Source: an uncultured delta proteobacterium (GTDB lineage Bacteria; Desulfobacterota; Binatia; UBA9968). From it: DNA of 64,000 bases. Shown here piece after piece: positions 18,799 through 28,628 of this stretch. Below the pieces are notes generated by a model, which was not told the origin of the DNA, ran no database searches, and was given only the letters and a program-made list of their open reading frames with translations. The DNA is taken from NCBI GenBank assembly GCA_963737905.1, contig CAVTUQ010000025.1, positions 256,001 through 320,000 on the forward strand, written 5' to 3'. Numbering within the stretch: the stretch's first letter is position 1; every line of letters starts with the position of its first letter. The position numbers and the translations under genes are program-made.

Positions 18799-21084
18799 AT
18801 GGTTCAAGCACGCGAACATCGGACTCCTATTTTTCAGCAAAACGAGGTCTTGTTCGGCCGTGACAGCACGCCTGGCATAATCGCGTTCGAAATCGAAGGG
18901 GTGGACAAGGTCAGGCTCTTCCGCCGTCAAGACGGCAAGACCGAATCCGATATCGTTCCCTTCCGTCCTTTCATGCTTTTGGCAGGCGATAGTGCTTTGA
19001 AAGACTGGAAGGGAGAGGTGGCGCTCCAAAAGCTGGACGGCAAAGGAGCCTTTGACCATATCGCCCTATTTCCCGACTTGAATCAATTGGAGCAGGCGAA
19101 ATTTCACCTACAGAAAAAAACCGGCAGAGCCTCTTCCGCCTCCGACCTTCCGTATTGGCATTTCAGTGATCCGCTCCAGCAATTTCTGTTGCTCTCCGGA
19201 AAGACGCACTTTTTGGGCATGGCATTCCGAGATCTAAATCGGCTGCAGCTGGGCATCAAAACCTATTGCCAGACGGGATTTGAGTTTCCCAATTCAGCCC
19301 GCCAGTCGGACCGTATCACGGCCATCGCCCTCTCGGATTCAACCGGTTGGGAGCGGTTGATTTCCGGCAAAGAATTCGACGAAGCCGAGATGATTCGAGA
19401 GCTGGTGAAGGAGATCCAGCGGCGCGATCCGGATATCATCGAAGGGCACAACCTTTTTCGTTTCGATCTGGAATACATCGAAGCACGCGCCAAGAGGCAT
19501 AAAGTCGAACTAAAATTCGGTCGGAACGGTTCTCCTGTGAGGAGCCACGCATCTCGCATGCAGGTCGCGGAGCGGACGATCACTTATCGTAAATACGAAA
19601 TCTTTGGCCGGCACGTCATTGATACCTGGATCCTTGCCCAGCACTACGACGTCGCGACTCGTGAGCTGGAGAATGTCGGTTTAAACGAAATTGCCCGCCA
19701 TTTCGGCATCGCCAGCAACCATCGGACCACCATCCCGGCGGAGAAGGCTGGTTGGTATTTCGACCACGACCCCGATATCTTGTTTCGCGATGCCCTTGAC
19801 GACGTCCGCGAAACCCGCGCCCTTTCCGAGCTTCTTTCAACCAGCCACTTCGTTCAAGCGCAGATCTTTCCTTACAGCTTTCAGAATATTCCCCTGCGCG
19901 GGAACGCGACGAAAATCGATGCGCTTTTCCTCCGCGAGTATCTCCACCAAGGCCGTTCGGTACCCCGTCCCGACGAAGGCCGCGAAGTTATCGGCGGCTA
20001 TACGCATATGCAGTACCAAGGAACGGCACGGCGCGTTCTCCACTGCGATGTCACATCGCTGTATCCCTCCATTATGCTGGTCTATGACTACCTGCCGCAG
20101 AAAGATGAGCTGGGCATATTTGCCGGCCTGTTGCGCGATCTGCGCAGGTTTCGGCTCAAAGCCAAAGAACTGGCGCGCGACCTACAGGACGAGGAAAGCA
20201 AGCTCTATTTCAACGCCCTACAATCGACTTTCAAAATCCTGATTAACTCCTTCTACGGCTACCTCGGTTTCCAGATGGGCCATTTCAACGATTTCGAAGC
20301 CGCCAATCAGGTGACGGCCAAGGGTCGAGAGTTGATCCAATCCGCGGTCGCCTGGCTCACGGAAAAGGGGGCGCAGATTATAGAAGTCGATACCGACGGG
20401 ATTTACTTCATCCCGCCGCTAACCGTTAGCACCGCTGCCGAAGAAGAAAAACTCATCGCAAGTCTAAAGGAGACCCTACCTCAAGGCATTGAGTTGGAGC
20501 TGGACGGGCGCTACCCGGCGATGTTTAGCTATAAGATCAAGAATTACGCTCTGTTGGACGAGAAAGGGCGGCTCCTTATCAAAGGTTCGGGCTTGCGCTC
20601 GCGCGGCTTGGAATTGTTTCAGCGCGATTGGCTGGAAGAGATGCTGACTTTGCTTCTCAACGGGGAAAGAGAAAAAGTTCCGGAGCTCTATCAGCGCTAT
20701 CTCGACGATCTCACAAGCCATCGTAGGGACATTGCCTGGCTGGCGAAAACCGAAGCGCTGCAAGATTCCTTGGAAAGCTATCAGACAAAGGTGAAAACAA
20801 AAAAACGGAACGCCGCGGCACCTTACGAACTGGCCTTAAAATCACAGCGGCGGTATCAGCCGGGGGATCAAATTTCCTACTACGTGACCGGAGCCAAAGC
20901 GAAGGTCAAGATCAGCGAAAACTGCAAGCTCACGAGCCAGTGGAATCCGCAGGATCCGGATGAAAACATCGAACATTACAGAGGCAAGTTGAAAGAGCTG
21001 TACGAAAAGTTCAAGCCGTGGATCGAATTTGAGAATTGTCCCAGGCCAAAGGGCGAACTAGACAACGAACCGCTATTACTGTAG
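18799..21084 (+). CDS. polB: Family-B DNA polymerase (Pol II-like) with a degenerate 3'-5' exonuclease
   Basis: Polymerase motifs DVTSLYPSIM, KILINSFYGYLG, EVDTDG and KNYAL are intact. ExoII (HNLFRFD) is intact; ExoI reads GIK and ExoIII reads DALDD. Confidence 0.92.
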   Translation: MVQAREHRTPIFQQNEVLFGRDSTPGIIAFEIEGVDKVRLFRRQDGKTESDIVPFRPFMLLAGDSALKDWKGEVALQKLDGKGAFDHIALFPDLNQLEQAKFHLQKKTGRASSASDLPYWHFSDPLQQFLLLSGKTHFLGMAFRDLNRLQLGIKTYCQTGFEFPNSARQSDRITAIALSDSTGWERLISGKEFDEAEMIRELVKEIQRRDPDIIEGHNLFRFDLEYIEARAKRHKVELKFGRNGSPVRSHASRMQVAERTITYRKYEIFGRHVIDTWILAQHYDVATRELENVGLNEIARHFGIASNHRTTIPAEKAGWYFDHDPDILFRDALDDVRETRALSELLSTSHFVQAQIFPYSFQNIPLRGNATKIDALFLREYLHQGRSVPRPDEGREVIGGYTHMQYQGTARRVLHCDVTSLYPSIMLVYDYLPQKDELGIFAGLLRDLRRFRLKAKELARDLQDEESKLYFNALQSTFKILINSFYGYLGFQMGHFNDFEAANQVTAKGRELIQSAVAWLTEKGAQIIEVDTDGIYFIPPLTVSTAAEEEKLIASLKETLPQGIELELDGRYPAMFSYKIKNYALLDEKGRLLIKGSGLRSRGLELFQRDWLEEMLTLLLNGEREKVPELYQRYLDDLTSHRRDIAWLAKTEALQDSLESYQTKVKTKKRNAAAPYELALKSQRRYQPGDQISYYVTGAKAKVKISENCKLTSQWNPQDPDENIEHYRGKLKELYEKFKPWIEFENCPRPKGELDNEPLLL

Positions 21085-21103
21085 GGGATGGCACGAAAGA
21101 GCT

Positions 21104-21838
21104 ATGACAACCAAAGTCGCTTTGATTACCGGTGGCGCGCGGGGGATCGGTCGTGCCGTGGCGTTGGATCTTGCCGCCCGAGGCTGGTCCGTCGCGATTT
21201 GCTATCGCACCAGCGCCAAGGAGGCGACCGAAGTTATCGACGCCGTCAAGGCGCACGGCGTCCGGGGTTCGGCGCTGCGGTGCGATGTCTCCGATCCCAA
21301 AGCCGCAGTCGAATGGGTCCAGCGAGTGAACAAGGAAATCGGGCGCATCGATGCGCTGATCAACGGCGCCGGTCCCTATCATCGGGTGTCCTTATTGGAC
21401 GAGACCGAAGAAGGTTGGCACTCGATGTTTGACAACAATCTCCACCCGGTTTTTTATCTGAGCAAAGCGGTGATTCCGATAATGAAGGAGCAAAAGTGGG
21501 GACGGATTGTCTGCTTCAGCATGGCCAACGCCGAACAGGTGATTGCGCAACCCCAGCTTACGGCACACTACATCACCAAGGTTGGCTTGTTGGTGCTGAC
21601 CCGCTCCCTGGCTCGCCTGGCGGCGCCCCACGGCATCACGGTCAATGCCATTTCACCCGGCTTTATCGCTTCGGGCAGCGCCCCCAAGGAAGAGCTGGAG
21701 GCAGCGGCTAAACGGATCCCAGCGGGTTATGTGGGAAGCGTAGACGACGCCGCATCGGCGGTTCGTTTCTTGTTATCCGACGAAGCTCGCTACGTCAACG
21801 GCGCGAATATCCAGCTCAGCGGCGCTTGGGGAGTGTAA
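21104..21838 (+). CDS. Short-chain dehydrogenase/reductase (pteridine-reductase-like)
   Basis: TGGARGIG, INGAG, VNAISPG. The catalytic helix reads HYITK. Confidence 0.85.
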   Translation: MTTKVALITGGARGIGRAVALDLAARGWSVAICYRTSAKEATEVIDAVKAHGVRGSALRCDVSDPKAAVEWVQRVNKEIGRIDALINGAGPYHRVSLLDETEEGWHSMFDNNLHPVFYLSKAVIPIMKEQKWGRIVCFSMANAEQVIAQPQLTAHYITKVGLLVLTRSLARLAAPHGITVNAISPGFIASGSAPKEELEAAAKRIPAGYVGSVDDAASAVRFLLSDEARYVNGANIQLSGAWGV

Positions 21839-21844
21839 CAAAGA

Positions 21845-22330
21845 ATGGCGACCCAGCAAGATTACCACAAGGCCATGGAATTGGTTAAGCGAGCCATGGA
21901 CCATCAGATGGCTGGAGAGCTGGAGGACTCGATTCGGCTGTATAAGGAATCCATCGCTCTTTGTCCAACCGCGGACGCTCACACCTATTTGGGTTGGGCC
22001 TATAGTTTTCAGGGCAGAACCGACGAGGCCATCGCACAGTGCGAGATCGCGATTCGGATCGACCCGGAGTTTGGCAATCCCTACAACGATATCGGTGTCT
22101 ACCTGATGCAGCAGCAAAAATTAGATGAAGCGATTCCCTGGCTCGAAAAGGCAAAACAGGCCCGGCGTTACGAACCGCGCCACTTTCCCTATATCAATCT
22201 GGGTCGGGTTTACCTGACCCAAGGGATGATTCAAAAAGCTCTGGAAGAGTTTCGCGGTGCCCTGCGGTTAAATCCAGATGATGCGGATCTGGCCCAAACG
22301 ATCGAGGAACTGGAAACCAAGCTGCAATGA
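21845..22330 (+). CDS. Tetratricopeptide repeat protein
   Basis: AHTYLGWAY, NPYNDIGVYL, PYINLGRVY helix pairs. Confidence 0.9.
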   Translation: MATQQDYHKAMELVKRAMDHQMAGELEDSIRLYKESIALCPTADAHTYLGWAYSFQGRTDEAIAQCEIAIRIDPEFGNPYNDIGVYLMQQQKLDEAIPWLEKAKQARRYEPRHFPYINLGRVYLTQGMIQKALEEFRGALRLNPDDADLAQTIEELETKLQ

Positions 22331-22361
22331 AAGCAACAGACGTGACCTTCACTCACGCCGG

Positions 22362-23636
22362 CTATCCGGCCAATTCCACCAAAACAGCACCAAAGATTCC
22401 GACGGCGATATCCACTTCGTCCCGTTTAACGATCAAAGGTGGGCAGAAACGAATCGTGCTCTCGCCGCAGCTGAGTAGCAACAAGCCCTGGTCAAAACTT
22501 TTGTGCATGACCTGATCGCGAAACTTGGCATCGGGCTTCCCGTCGCTCTGTGCAAACTCGACTCCGATCATGAGCCCTAGTCCGCGCACATCGCTGATGC
22601 GTGGATGCAAGCTTCTTAACCTCGTTAGGCGCTGTTTAAGATAGTTTCCGACCTCGGCGGCGTTTTTGATTAACTCATCTTCCATGAGACTGATGGTGGC
22701 CAGCGCCGCGGCGCAGGCCACCGGATTCCCGCCGAAGGTCGAGCCGTGAGTGCCGCGTGTCCACATGCTAATTTCCGGCCGCGCAATCATCGCCCCCAGC
22801 GGCATACCGCTGGCAATGCCCTTGGCAACACAAAGAATATCAGGCTCGACCCCCCAATGCTCGCAGGCAAACATCTTGCCCGTGCGGCCAAATCCCGATT
22901 GAATCTCGTCCACGACCAAGAGAATGCCGTGACGTTGGCACAGCTCTTTTAGCGTGGGCAGAAATCCCTGGGACGGGACGATATAACCACCTTCCCCTTG
23001 AATCGGCTCGACGAAAATTGCCGCCACTTCTGTCGGAGTTACTTCGTGGCGGAAGAGAACGTTCTCCAGATAACTCAAACCCTCGATGCCGTACGGAACG
23101 TGATGGACGCCGGGAATCAGCGGCGAGAAATGCGCGCGATGTGAGGAACGGCTCGCCGTCAGCGAGAGCGCGCCCAAGGTACGGCCGTGAAAAGCGCCAT
23201 GAAAAGCGATGGCATGTTGGCGCTTCGTCGCGAAGCGCGCCAGTTTGAAGGCGGCTTCAATCGTCTCCGTGCCGGAATTTGTGAGAAACACCTTTTTTGG
23301 CGACCCGCCCGGTGCAATGCGGCTCAGTTTCTCGGCCAGCTCGGCCATGGGCTCGTAGTAAAAATCGCTGCCGCAGATGTGCAGAAATTTGCGCGCCTGC
23401 TCCTCGATGGCTTTGACCACGCGCGGATGCGAGTGACCCGTACTGGCAACGGCGATTCCCGCCATGAAATCGAGAAATAGATTCCCGTCCACGTCCTCGA
23501 TCACCATGCCTCTTCCCTCTTTCACGACCAGCGGATAGACACGCCCGTAGGCCGGCGCCGTATAACGCTGATCTTTCTCCACGATGGCTTTGGCCTTCGG
23601 ACCCGGCGGTGTAATTTTGATGTCAGGTACTTTCAT
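22362..23636 (-). CDS. Class-III PLP aminotransferase (GabT/ArgD-like)
   Basis: [42 protein letters not shown]. Confidence 0.92.
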   Translation of the reverse strand: MKVPDIKITPPGPKAKAIVEKDQRYTAPAYGRVYPLVVKEGRGMVIEDVDGNLFLDFMAGIAVASTGHSHPRVVKAIEEQARKFLHICGSDFYYEPMAELAEKLSRIAPGGSPKKVFLTNSGTETIEAAFKLARFATKRQHAIAFHGAFHGRTLGALSLTASRSSHRAHFSPLIPGVHHVPYGIEGLSYLENVLFRHEVTPTEVAAIFVEPIQGEGGYIVPSQGFLPTLKELCQRHGILLVVDEIQSGFGRTGKMFACEHWGVEPDILCVAKGIASGMPLGAMIARPEISMWTRGTHGSTFGGNPVACAAALATISLMEDELIKNAAEVGNYLKQRLTRLRSLHPRISDVRGLGLMIGVEFAQSDGKPDAKFRDQVMHKSFDQGLLLLSCGESTIRFCPPLIVKRDEVDIAVGIFGAVLVELAG

Positions 23637-23647
23637 TTACTCTCCTG

Positions 23648-23724
23648 TTTCGAGTCTCGCGTTCCGGGTTTAGATCGGCCTCTACACGGAACCCCGAGAC
23701 TTGAAACCCGAAACTCGAAACTCA
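23648..23724. repeat. Intergenic inverted array of 7-bp repeats
   Basis: Left arm tttcgag-tctcgcg-ttccggg; right arm aaccccg-agacttg-aaacccg-aaactcg-aaactca. Confidence 0.6.
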
Positions 23725-25212
23725 CTCGACGTTGTCGATCTGTGCCTTTTGCAGCTTTCCGGAGTAGTCGACGTAAATCGATTTCCACTCGCTAAAAATG
23801 TCGTACACGGTTGTGCCGGCCTCACGGTGGCCATTGCCGGTATCTTTCACGCCGCCGAAGGGGAGATGAACTTCGGCACCGATCGTAGGTCCGTTGATAT
23901 AAGTGATTCCGGCTTCGATATCCCGCATGGCGCGGAAAGACCGCTCCACATCACGCGTGTAGATGGAGCTGGAAAGACCGTAGGTCGTCCCGTTGATAAC
24001 TTCGATAGCCTCGTCGAAGCTCTTCACCTCGATAATCGAGAGCACGGGGCCAAAGATTTCTTCCTGCGCAATCCGCATCGACGGAGCCACCTGATCAAAG
24101 ATCGTCGGCCGGTAGAAATAACCATCGATCCATTTTCCCTCTTCATAGATCGATCCGCCGATGAGTAGCCGGGCGTCTTCTGACCTGCCGATTTGCACAT
24201 ATCGGTGGACCTTTTCCCGGGCCGCCGGGTTAATGAGCGGCCCCATTTCGACGCTCTCGTCGAGTCCGTCGCCGATCTTGATCTTCTCGGCGCGTGCCAC
24301 GAGCATGTCGGTTAGCTCTTTTTTGATATCGCGATGAAGGATCAAACGGCTGGTCGCGGTGCAGCGCTGCCCGGAGGTGCCGAAGGCTCCCCACAGCGCT
24401 CCCTCCAAGGCGAGGCTTAAATCAGCATCGTCCATCACGATCTGAGCATTTTTACCGCCCAGCTCCAGAGAGACCCGTTTGAGTTGCTGGCCGCAGACCG
24501 ATGCGATCTCCCGCCCCACCACCGCGGAGCCGGTAAAAGACACGAGCTTCACGTCCGGATGGCGCACCAGCGCCGCCCCGACTTCCTCTCCCCGACCATG
24601 AACCAAGTTAACCACTCCCCGCGGCACACCCGCTTCCGCCAAAATTTCAAACAATTTAACCGCAGTGTAGGGCGTATCTTCCGCGGGCTTGAGCACCACC
24701 GTGTTGCCACAGAGGAGCGCTGGAAACAATTTCCACGTGGGGATCGCCATGGGGAAGTTCCAGGGAGTAATCAAGACGCAAACCCCGACAGGCAAGCGTA
24801 CGGACATAGCGAATTTGTCCGGCAGTTCCGAAGGAGTGGTCTCGCCGAAAAGTCGTCGCCCCTCGCCGGCAACGTAAAAGGCGGTGTCAATTCCTTCCTG
24901 GACGTCGCCGCGCGTTTCTTTCAAGATTTTGCCCATCTCCCGGGTCATACCGCGAGCGATCTCTTCCTTATGGCGGTGCAAAAGCTCGCCCACCCGATAG
25001 AGAATCTCTCCCCTTTTTGGCGCCGGCACGAGGCGCCAGCGCGTAAAGGCTTTTTTCGCGGCCTGAACTGCTGCGTTTACATCCTCCAGGTTAGAGGCTG
25101 GAAATAGACCGATCAAATCGTGACGATTCGCCGGATTGCGGTTTTCAAAGGTCTTCCCCGACTCGGCGTCGACCCATGCCCCGTCGATATAATTCTTGAA
25201 GACCTGCGCCAT
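23722..25212 (-). CDS. Aldehyde dehydrogenase family protein
   Basis: [32 protein letters not shown]. Start at [11 protein letters not shown], preceded by GGAGG. Confidence 0.95.
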   Translation of the reverse strand: MAQVFKNYIDGAWVDAESGKTFENRNPANRHDLIGLFPASNLEDVNAAVQAAKKAFTRWRLVPAPKRGEILYRVGELLHRHKEEIARGMTREMGKILKETRGDVQEGIDTAFYVAGEGRRLFGETTPSELPDKFAMSVRLPVGVCVLITPWNFPMAIPTWKLFPALLCGNTVVLKPAEDTPYTAVKLFEILAEAGVPRGVVNLVHGRGEEVGAALVRHPDVKLVSFTGSAVVGREIASVCGQQLKRVSLELGGKNAQIVMDDADLSLALEGALWGAFGTSGQRCTATSRLILHRDIKKELTDMLVARAEKIKIGDGLDESVEMGPLINPAAREKVHRYVQIGRSEDARLLIGGSIYEEGKWIDGYFYRPTIFDQVAPSMRIAQEEIFGPVLSIIEVKSFDEAIEVINGTTYGLSSSIYTRDVERSFRAMRDIEAGITYINGPTIGAEVHLPFGGVKDTGNGHREAGTTVYDIFSEWKSIYVDYSGKLQKAQIDNVE

Positions 25213-25473
25213 GGTCAAACCTCCCTTCGGCGCCTGCCGGGCGCCGGCAATGACATTCCATCTCATTTTTTGTAACGAACCGCAGTTTATTCTAAAGCCG
25301 GCCGGTGATGAACACAATCTTCAACGTGATCTCAAGCAGATCGTTTGTGCCGTCAGCGGATGCGAAATCTCGTTGATTTTTCAAATCCAATCAGATAGCC
25401 TCTGCCAACTTTAAGCCGCCAAGCAGGGCACCGCCTGGACATGCTTGTGCGACACAAGAGGAGAGGTCCTACG

Positions 25474-26499
25474 ATGGGCAAAAGATTTTCACGGTTGGCT
25501 CTAGCCTTGCTGATCGGTTTGGCGCAGGCTACTGCGGCATTTGCAGATGATTTCTATAAGGACAAGACCATAAGGATCGTTGTCGGTTTTTCAGCCGGCG
25601 GAGGGTTCGACACTTATGCTCGCGCGATCGCGCGCCATATGGGAAAACACATTCCCGGCGCGCCAGCCATCGTCGTGGAGAACATGACTGGGGCAGGCAG
25701 TCTGATAGCAGCGAATCACGTATACAAGGTCGCCAAACCCGATGGTCTCACCATCGGTCACTTCATCGGCGGATTGTTCCTCGGGCAGGTTCTTGGCCAA
25801 AAGGGAATCGAATTCGACGCCCGCAAATTCGAGTTCATTGGCGCGCCCATCACCGACCACGTCGTCTGTGCGCTGACCAAAGCCAGCGGTATAACGAGTG
25901 TGGAAAAATGGATGGCATCGAAGACGCCGGTAAAGATGGGCGGGATCGCTCCCGGCACCTCGACTCCGGATAACGCGACGCGGATCTTTAAAGTAGCATT
26001 GGGTCTGCCGATCCAGCTTGTTACCGGTTATAAAGGCACCGCCGACGTTAGGTTGGCTGCGGAGAGTGGTGAGATCGCCGGTGGCTGTTGGGGCTGGGAT
26101 TCCGTAAGTGTCACCTGGCGCAAAGCCCTGGACAGCGGTGATGCCATCGTCGTTTTGCAGGCCAATCGCAAAACCCATCCTGACCTGCCTCAGGTTCCCC
26201 AGGCAATCAAGCTGGCGAAGACCGAGGAGGGAAGAAAAATGATCGAAGTAGGAATCCACAGTGACAGTGACATCGTTCGTGCCTATACGCTCCCACCGGG
26301 AACCCCGAAAGATCGGGTTCAGTTGTTACGCCAAGCCTTCGAGTCGACGCTCAAGGATCCTGAGTTCATGGCCGACGCGAAAAAATCAAAACTCAATGTC
26401 GATCCGGTACCCGCCGATGTCATCGAGAAGGACATCTCGGCCCTGTTCAAGCTCGACCCGGCAATAGTGGGCAAACTCAAGGACATTCTTTATAACTAG
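25474..26499 (+). CDS. Tripartite tricarboxylate transporter substrate-binding protein (Bug/TctC)
   Basis: VGFSAGGGFD, VENMTGAG, PDGLT, GYKG, PPGTP. Confidence 0.9.
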   Translation: MGKRFSRLALALLIGLAQATAAFADDFYKDKTIRIVVGFSAGGGFDTYARAIARHMGKHIPGAPAIVVENMTGAGSLIAANHVYKVAKPDGLTIGHFIGGLFLGQVLGQKGIEFDARKFEFIGAPITDHVVCALTKASGITSVEKWMASKTPVKMGGIAPGTSTPDNATRIFKVALGLPIQLVTGYKGTADVRLAAESGEIAGGCWGWDSVSVTWRKALDSGDAIVVLQANRKTHPDLPQVPQAIKLAKTEEGRKMIEVGIHSDSDIVRAYTLPPGTPKDRVQLLRQAFESTLKDPEFMADAKKSKLNVDPVPADVIEKDISALFKLDPAIVGKLKDILYN

Positions 26500-26568
26500 T
26501 CGATCTATCACGCACGGTAAATTTTGTTCCTACAGAATCCCGCCGCCCTAGGGAGGATCTAGGTCGCC

Positions 26569-28584
26569 ATGCTGGAAATGCTTAACGCGCTGATCTCCGG
26601 CTTCTACCAGGTTTTTACCTGGTCTACCTTTAGTCTGATGTGCATAGGCATTGTCGTGGGTTTCTGGGTGGGGATTTTGCCCGGCCTAGGAGGACCAACA
26701 ACATTGGCGCTGATGCTTCCGTTCATCTTTAAGATGTCCCCGGTCGAAGCCTTTGCGTTCCTTCTAGGCATGTCGGCGGTGACCAACACGACTGGAGACA
26801 TTACCTCTATCCTTTTCGGTGTCCCGGGTGAGCCAACTACGGCAGCCACCATTGTTGATGGCCATCCCATGGCTAAGAAGGGAGAAGCGGGTCGCGCGTT
26901 GGGAGCGGCGCTCATGAGTTCTCTGGTGGGTGCGATCTTTGGCGCCGTTGCCATGGCTATCTGTATCCCCATCGTTCGTCCTTTGGTCCTCACATTTGGC
27001 TCGCCGGAATTCTTTATGATCGGCGTGCTGGGAGTGACTTTTGTGGTCTCGCTGAGCGGCGGAAACCTGGTCAAAGGCCTCGTCTCAGGAGGGATAGGTT
27101 TTTGTTTGGCTATGATAGGGCTTGACCCTATTTCAGGAATCCAGCGCTACACCTTCGGCCAGCTTTTTCTTTGGGACGGAATCGGCCTAGTGCCTATAAC
27201 CGTGGGGCTCTTTGCAATTCCCGAGGTCATCGATCTGGCAATAGAGGGCGGAAGCATTGCCAAAGAGAGTATAGGCAAACTGGGTGGAGTGATGGAAGGC
27301 GTCAAGGATACCTTTCGCCACTTTTGGCTGGTTATCCGTTGCAGCGCCTTAGGCGCCTATGTCGGCCTCATCCCTGGAATGGGCGGAGGCGTGGGTCAGT
27401 GGGTTGCTTACGCCCACGCGGTGCAGAGCTCTCCGAACAAAGAAAGATTCGGTAAAGGCGCGGTGGAGGGAGTCCTGGGACCGGGAGCAGCTAACAACTC
27501 CGTTCTGGGGGGCGCATTCATCCCTACCATCGCATTCGGTGTCCCCGGTAGTGTCGTTATGGCGATTCTCCTGGGAGCATTTATCATCCAGGGAATAGTG
27601 CCTGGACCGGACATGCTTCTCCCTCCCCCAAAAGGTAAACTCGACCTTACTTTCTCCTTTGTTTGGATCATCGTTATTTCCAATCTGATCACTGTGGGGA
27701 TTTGTTTTCTGTTTCTAAACCAACTGGCAAAGATCACCCAAATCCGGGGTAGCCTGATAATTCCGTTCATCCTCCTGCTTATCTATCTCGGAGGCTTCGC
27801 CGAAAAAAATGCTTCTGAAGATATGTTGATTGTGCTCGCCTTTGGCGCGCTCGGGTGGGCGATGGTAAAGCTCGATTGGCAAAGGCCCCCCTTACTTCTC
27901 GGCCTCGTATTGGGCCCATTAATGGAAAACAGGCTTTTTCTTGCCACCGACAACTATGGGAAAGCCTGGCTCTGGCGTCCGGGTGTGCTTATTCTTTTCA
28001 CCCTGACGCTCGTCGGTATCTTTTATCCTCTGATTAAACAGAGATGGCAGAAAAAAAAGATCGCGGAGAGCATCGTGCCAATCCAGGCTCCGGCAACCGA
28101 GATCGAGAAGGGAACGGTAAGGTTTTGGGACGTAATATTTACCCTCTTTATTATCATCGTTCTTGCCGGTGCGTTGTGGCAGAGTAAAGATTTTGGGTAC
28201 CGTGCCGGCCTCTTTCCCTGGGTGATCGGCTTTCCGGTTTTAGCCATGGCCATCGCTCAGTTAGGTTTAGAGTTGACGGGTAGGACAAAAAGAACCGTAA
28301 CCGGCGAGGGCGACATAGGGGCGGATCTACCGAAGGACGTGGTTTACAACCGCACCGCAAGCATCGTCGGCTGGATCTTGGGCGTTTTAATACTGATATG
28401 GCTTCTCGGCTTCTCCCTTGCTGTACCGGTGACAATGGTTTTATATCTTAAACTCACCGGTCGAGAAAAATGGCCGATCACAATTATACTCACTCTCATT
28501 ACCTGGGGCTTTTTCTACGGGCTGTTCGAGTATAGCCTGAGCATCCCCTTCCCGGAGGGGCAACTCTTTCAATGGCTGGGATGA
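26569..28584 (+). CDS. Fused TctA-TctB tripartite transporter membrane protein
   Basis: GILPGLG, GVPGEP, DGHPM and GAANN (TctA), followed by a 4-TM TctB-like tail ending F...LSIPFP. Confidence 0.88.
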   Translation: MLEMLNALISGFYQVFTWSTFSLMCIGIVVGFWVGILPGLGGPTTLALMLPFIFKMSPVEAFAFLLGMSAVTNTTGDITSILFGVPGEPTTAATIVDGHPMAKKGEAGRALGAALMSSLVGAIFGAVAMAICIPIVRPLVLTFGSPEFFMIGVLGVTFVVSLSGGNLVKGLVSGGIGFCLAMIGLDPISGIQRYTFGQLFLWDGIGLVPITVGLFAIPEVIDLAIEGGSIAKESIGKLGGVMEGVKDTFRHFWLVIRCSALGAYVGLIPGMGGGVGQWVAYAHAVQSSPNKERFGKGAVEGVLGPGAANNSVLGGAFIPTIAFGVPGSVVMAILLGAFIIQGIVPGPDMLLPPPKGKLDLTFSFVWIIVISNLITVGICFLFLNQLAKITQIRGSLIIPFILLLIYLGGFAEKNASEDMLIVLAFGALGWAMVKLDWQRPPLLLGLVLGPLMENRLFLATDNYGKAWLWRPGVLILFTLTLVGIFYPLIKQRWQKKKIAESIVPIQAPATEIEKGTVRFWDVIFTLFIIIVLAGALWQSKDFGYRAGLFPWVIGFPVLAMAIAQLGLELTGRTKRTVTGEGDIGADLPKDVVYNRTASIVGWILGVLILIWLLGFSLAVPVTMVLYLKLTGREKWPITIILTLITWGFFYGLFEYSLSIPFPEGQLFQWLG

Positions 28585-28628
28585 GCGCTCCGGACTTCGT
28601 TTCCCGTTGCGCTATCATTCTGTTTACT

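Noticed and set aside
26569-28584. TctA-TctB fusion as a novelty
   Set aside because: Fusion of adjacent transporter subunits is unremarkable; it is listed only as a feature.
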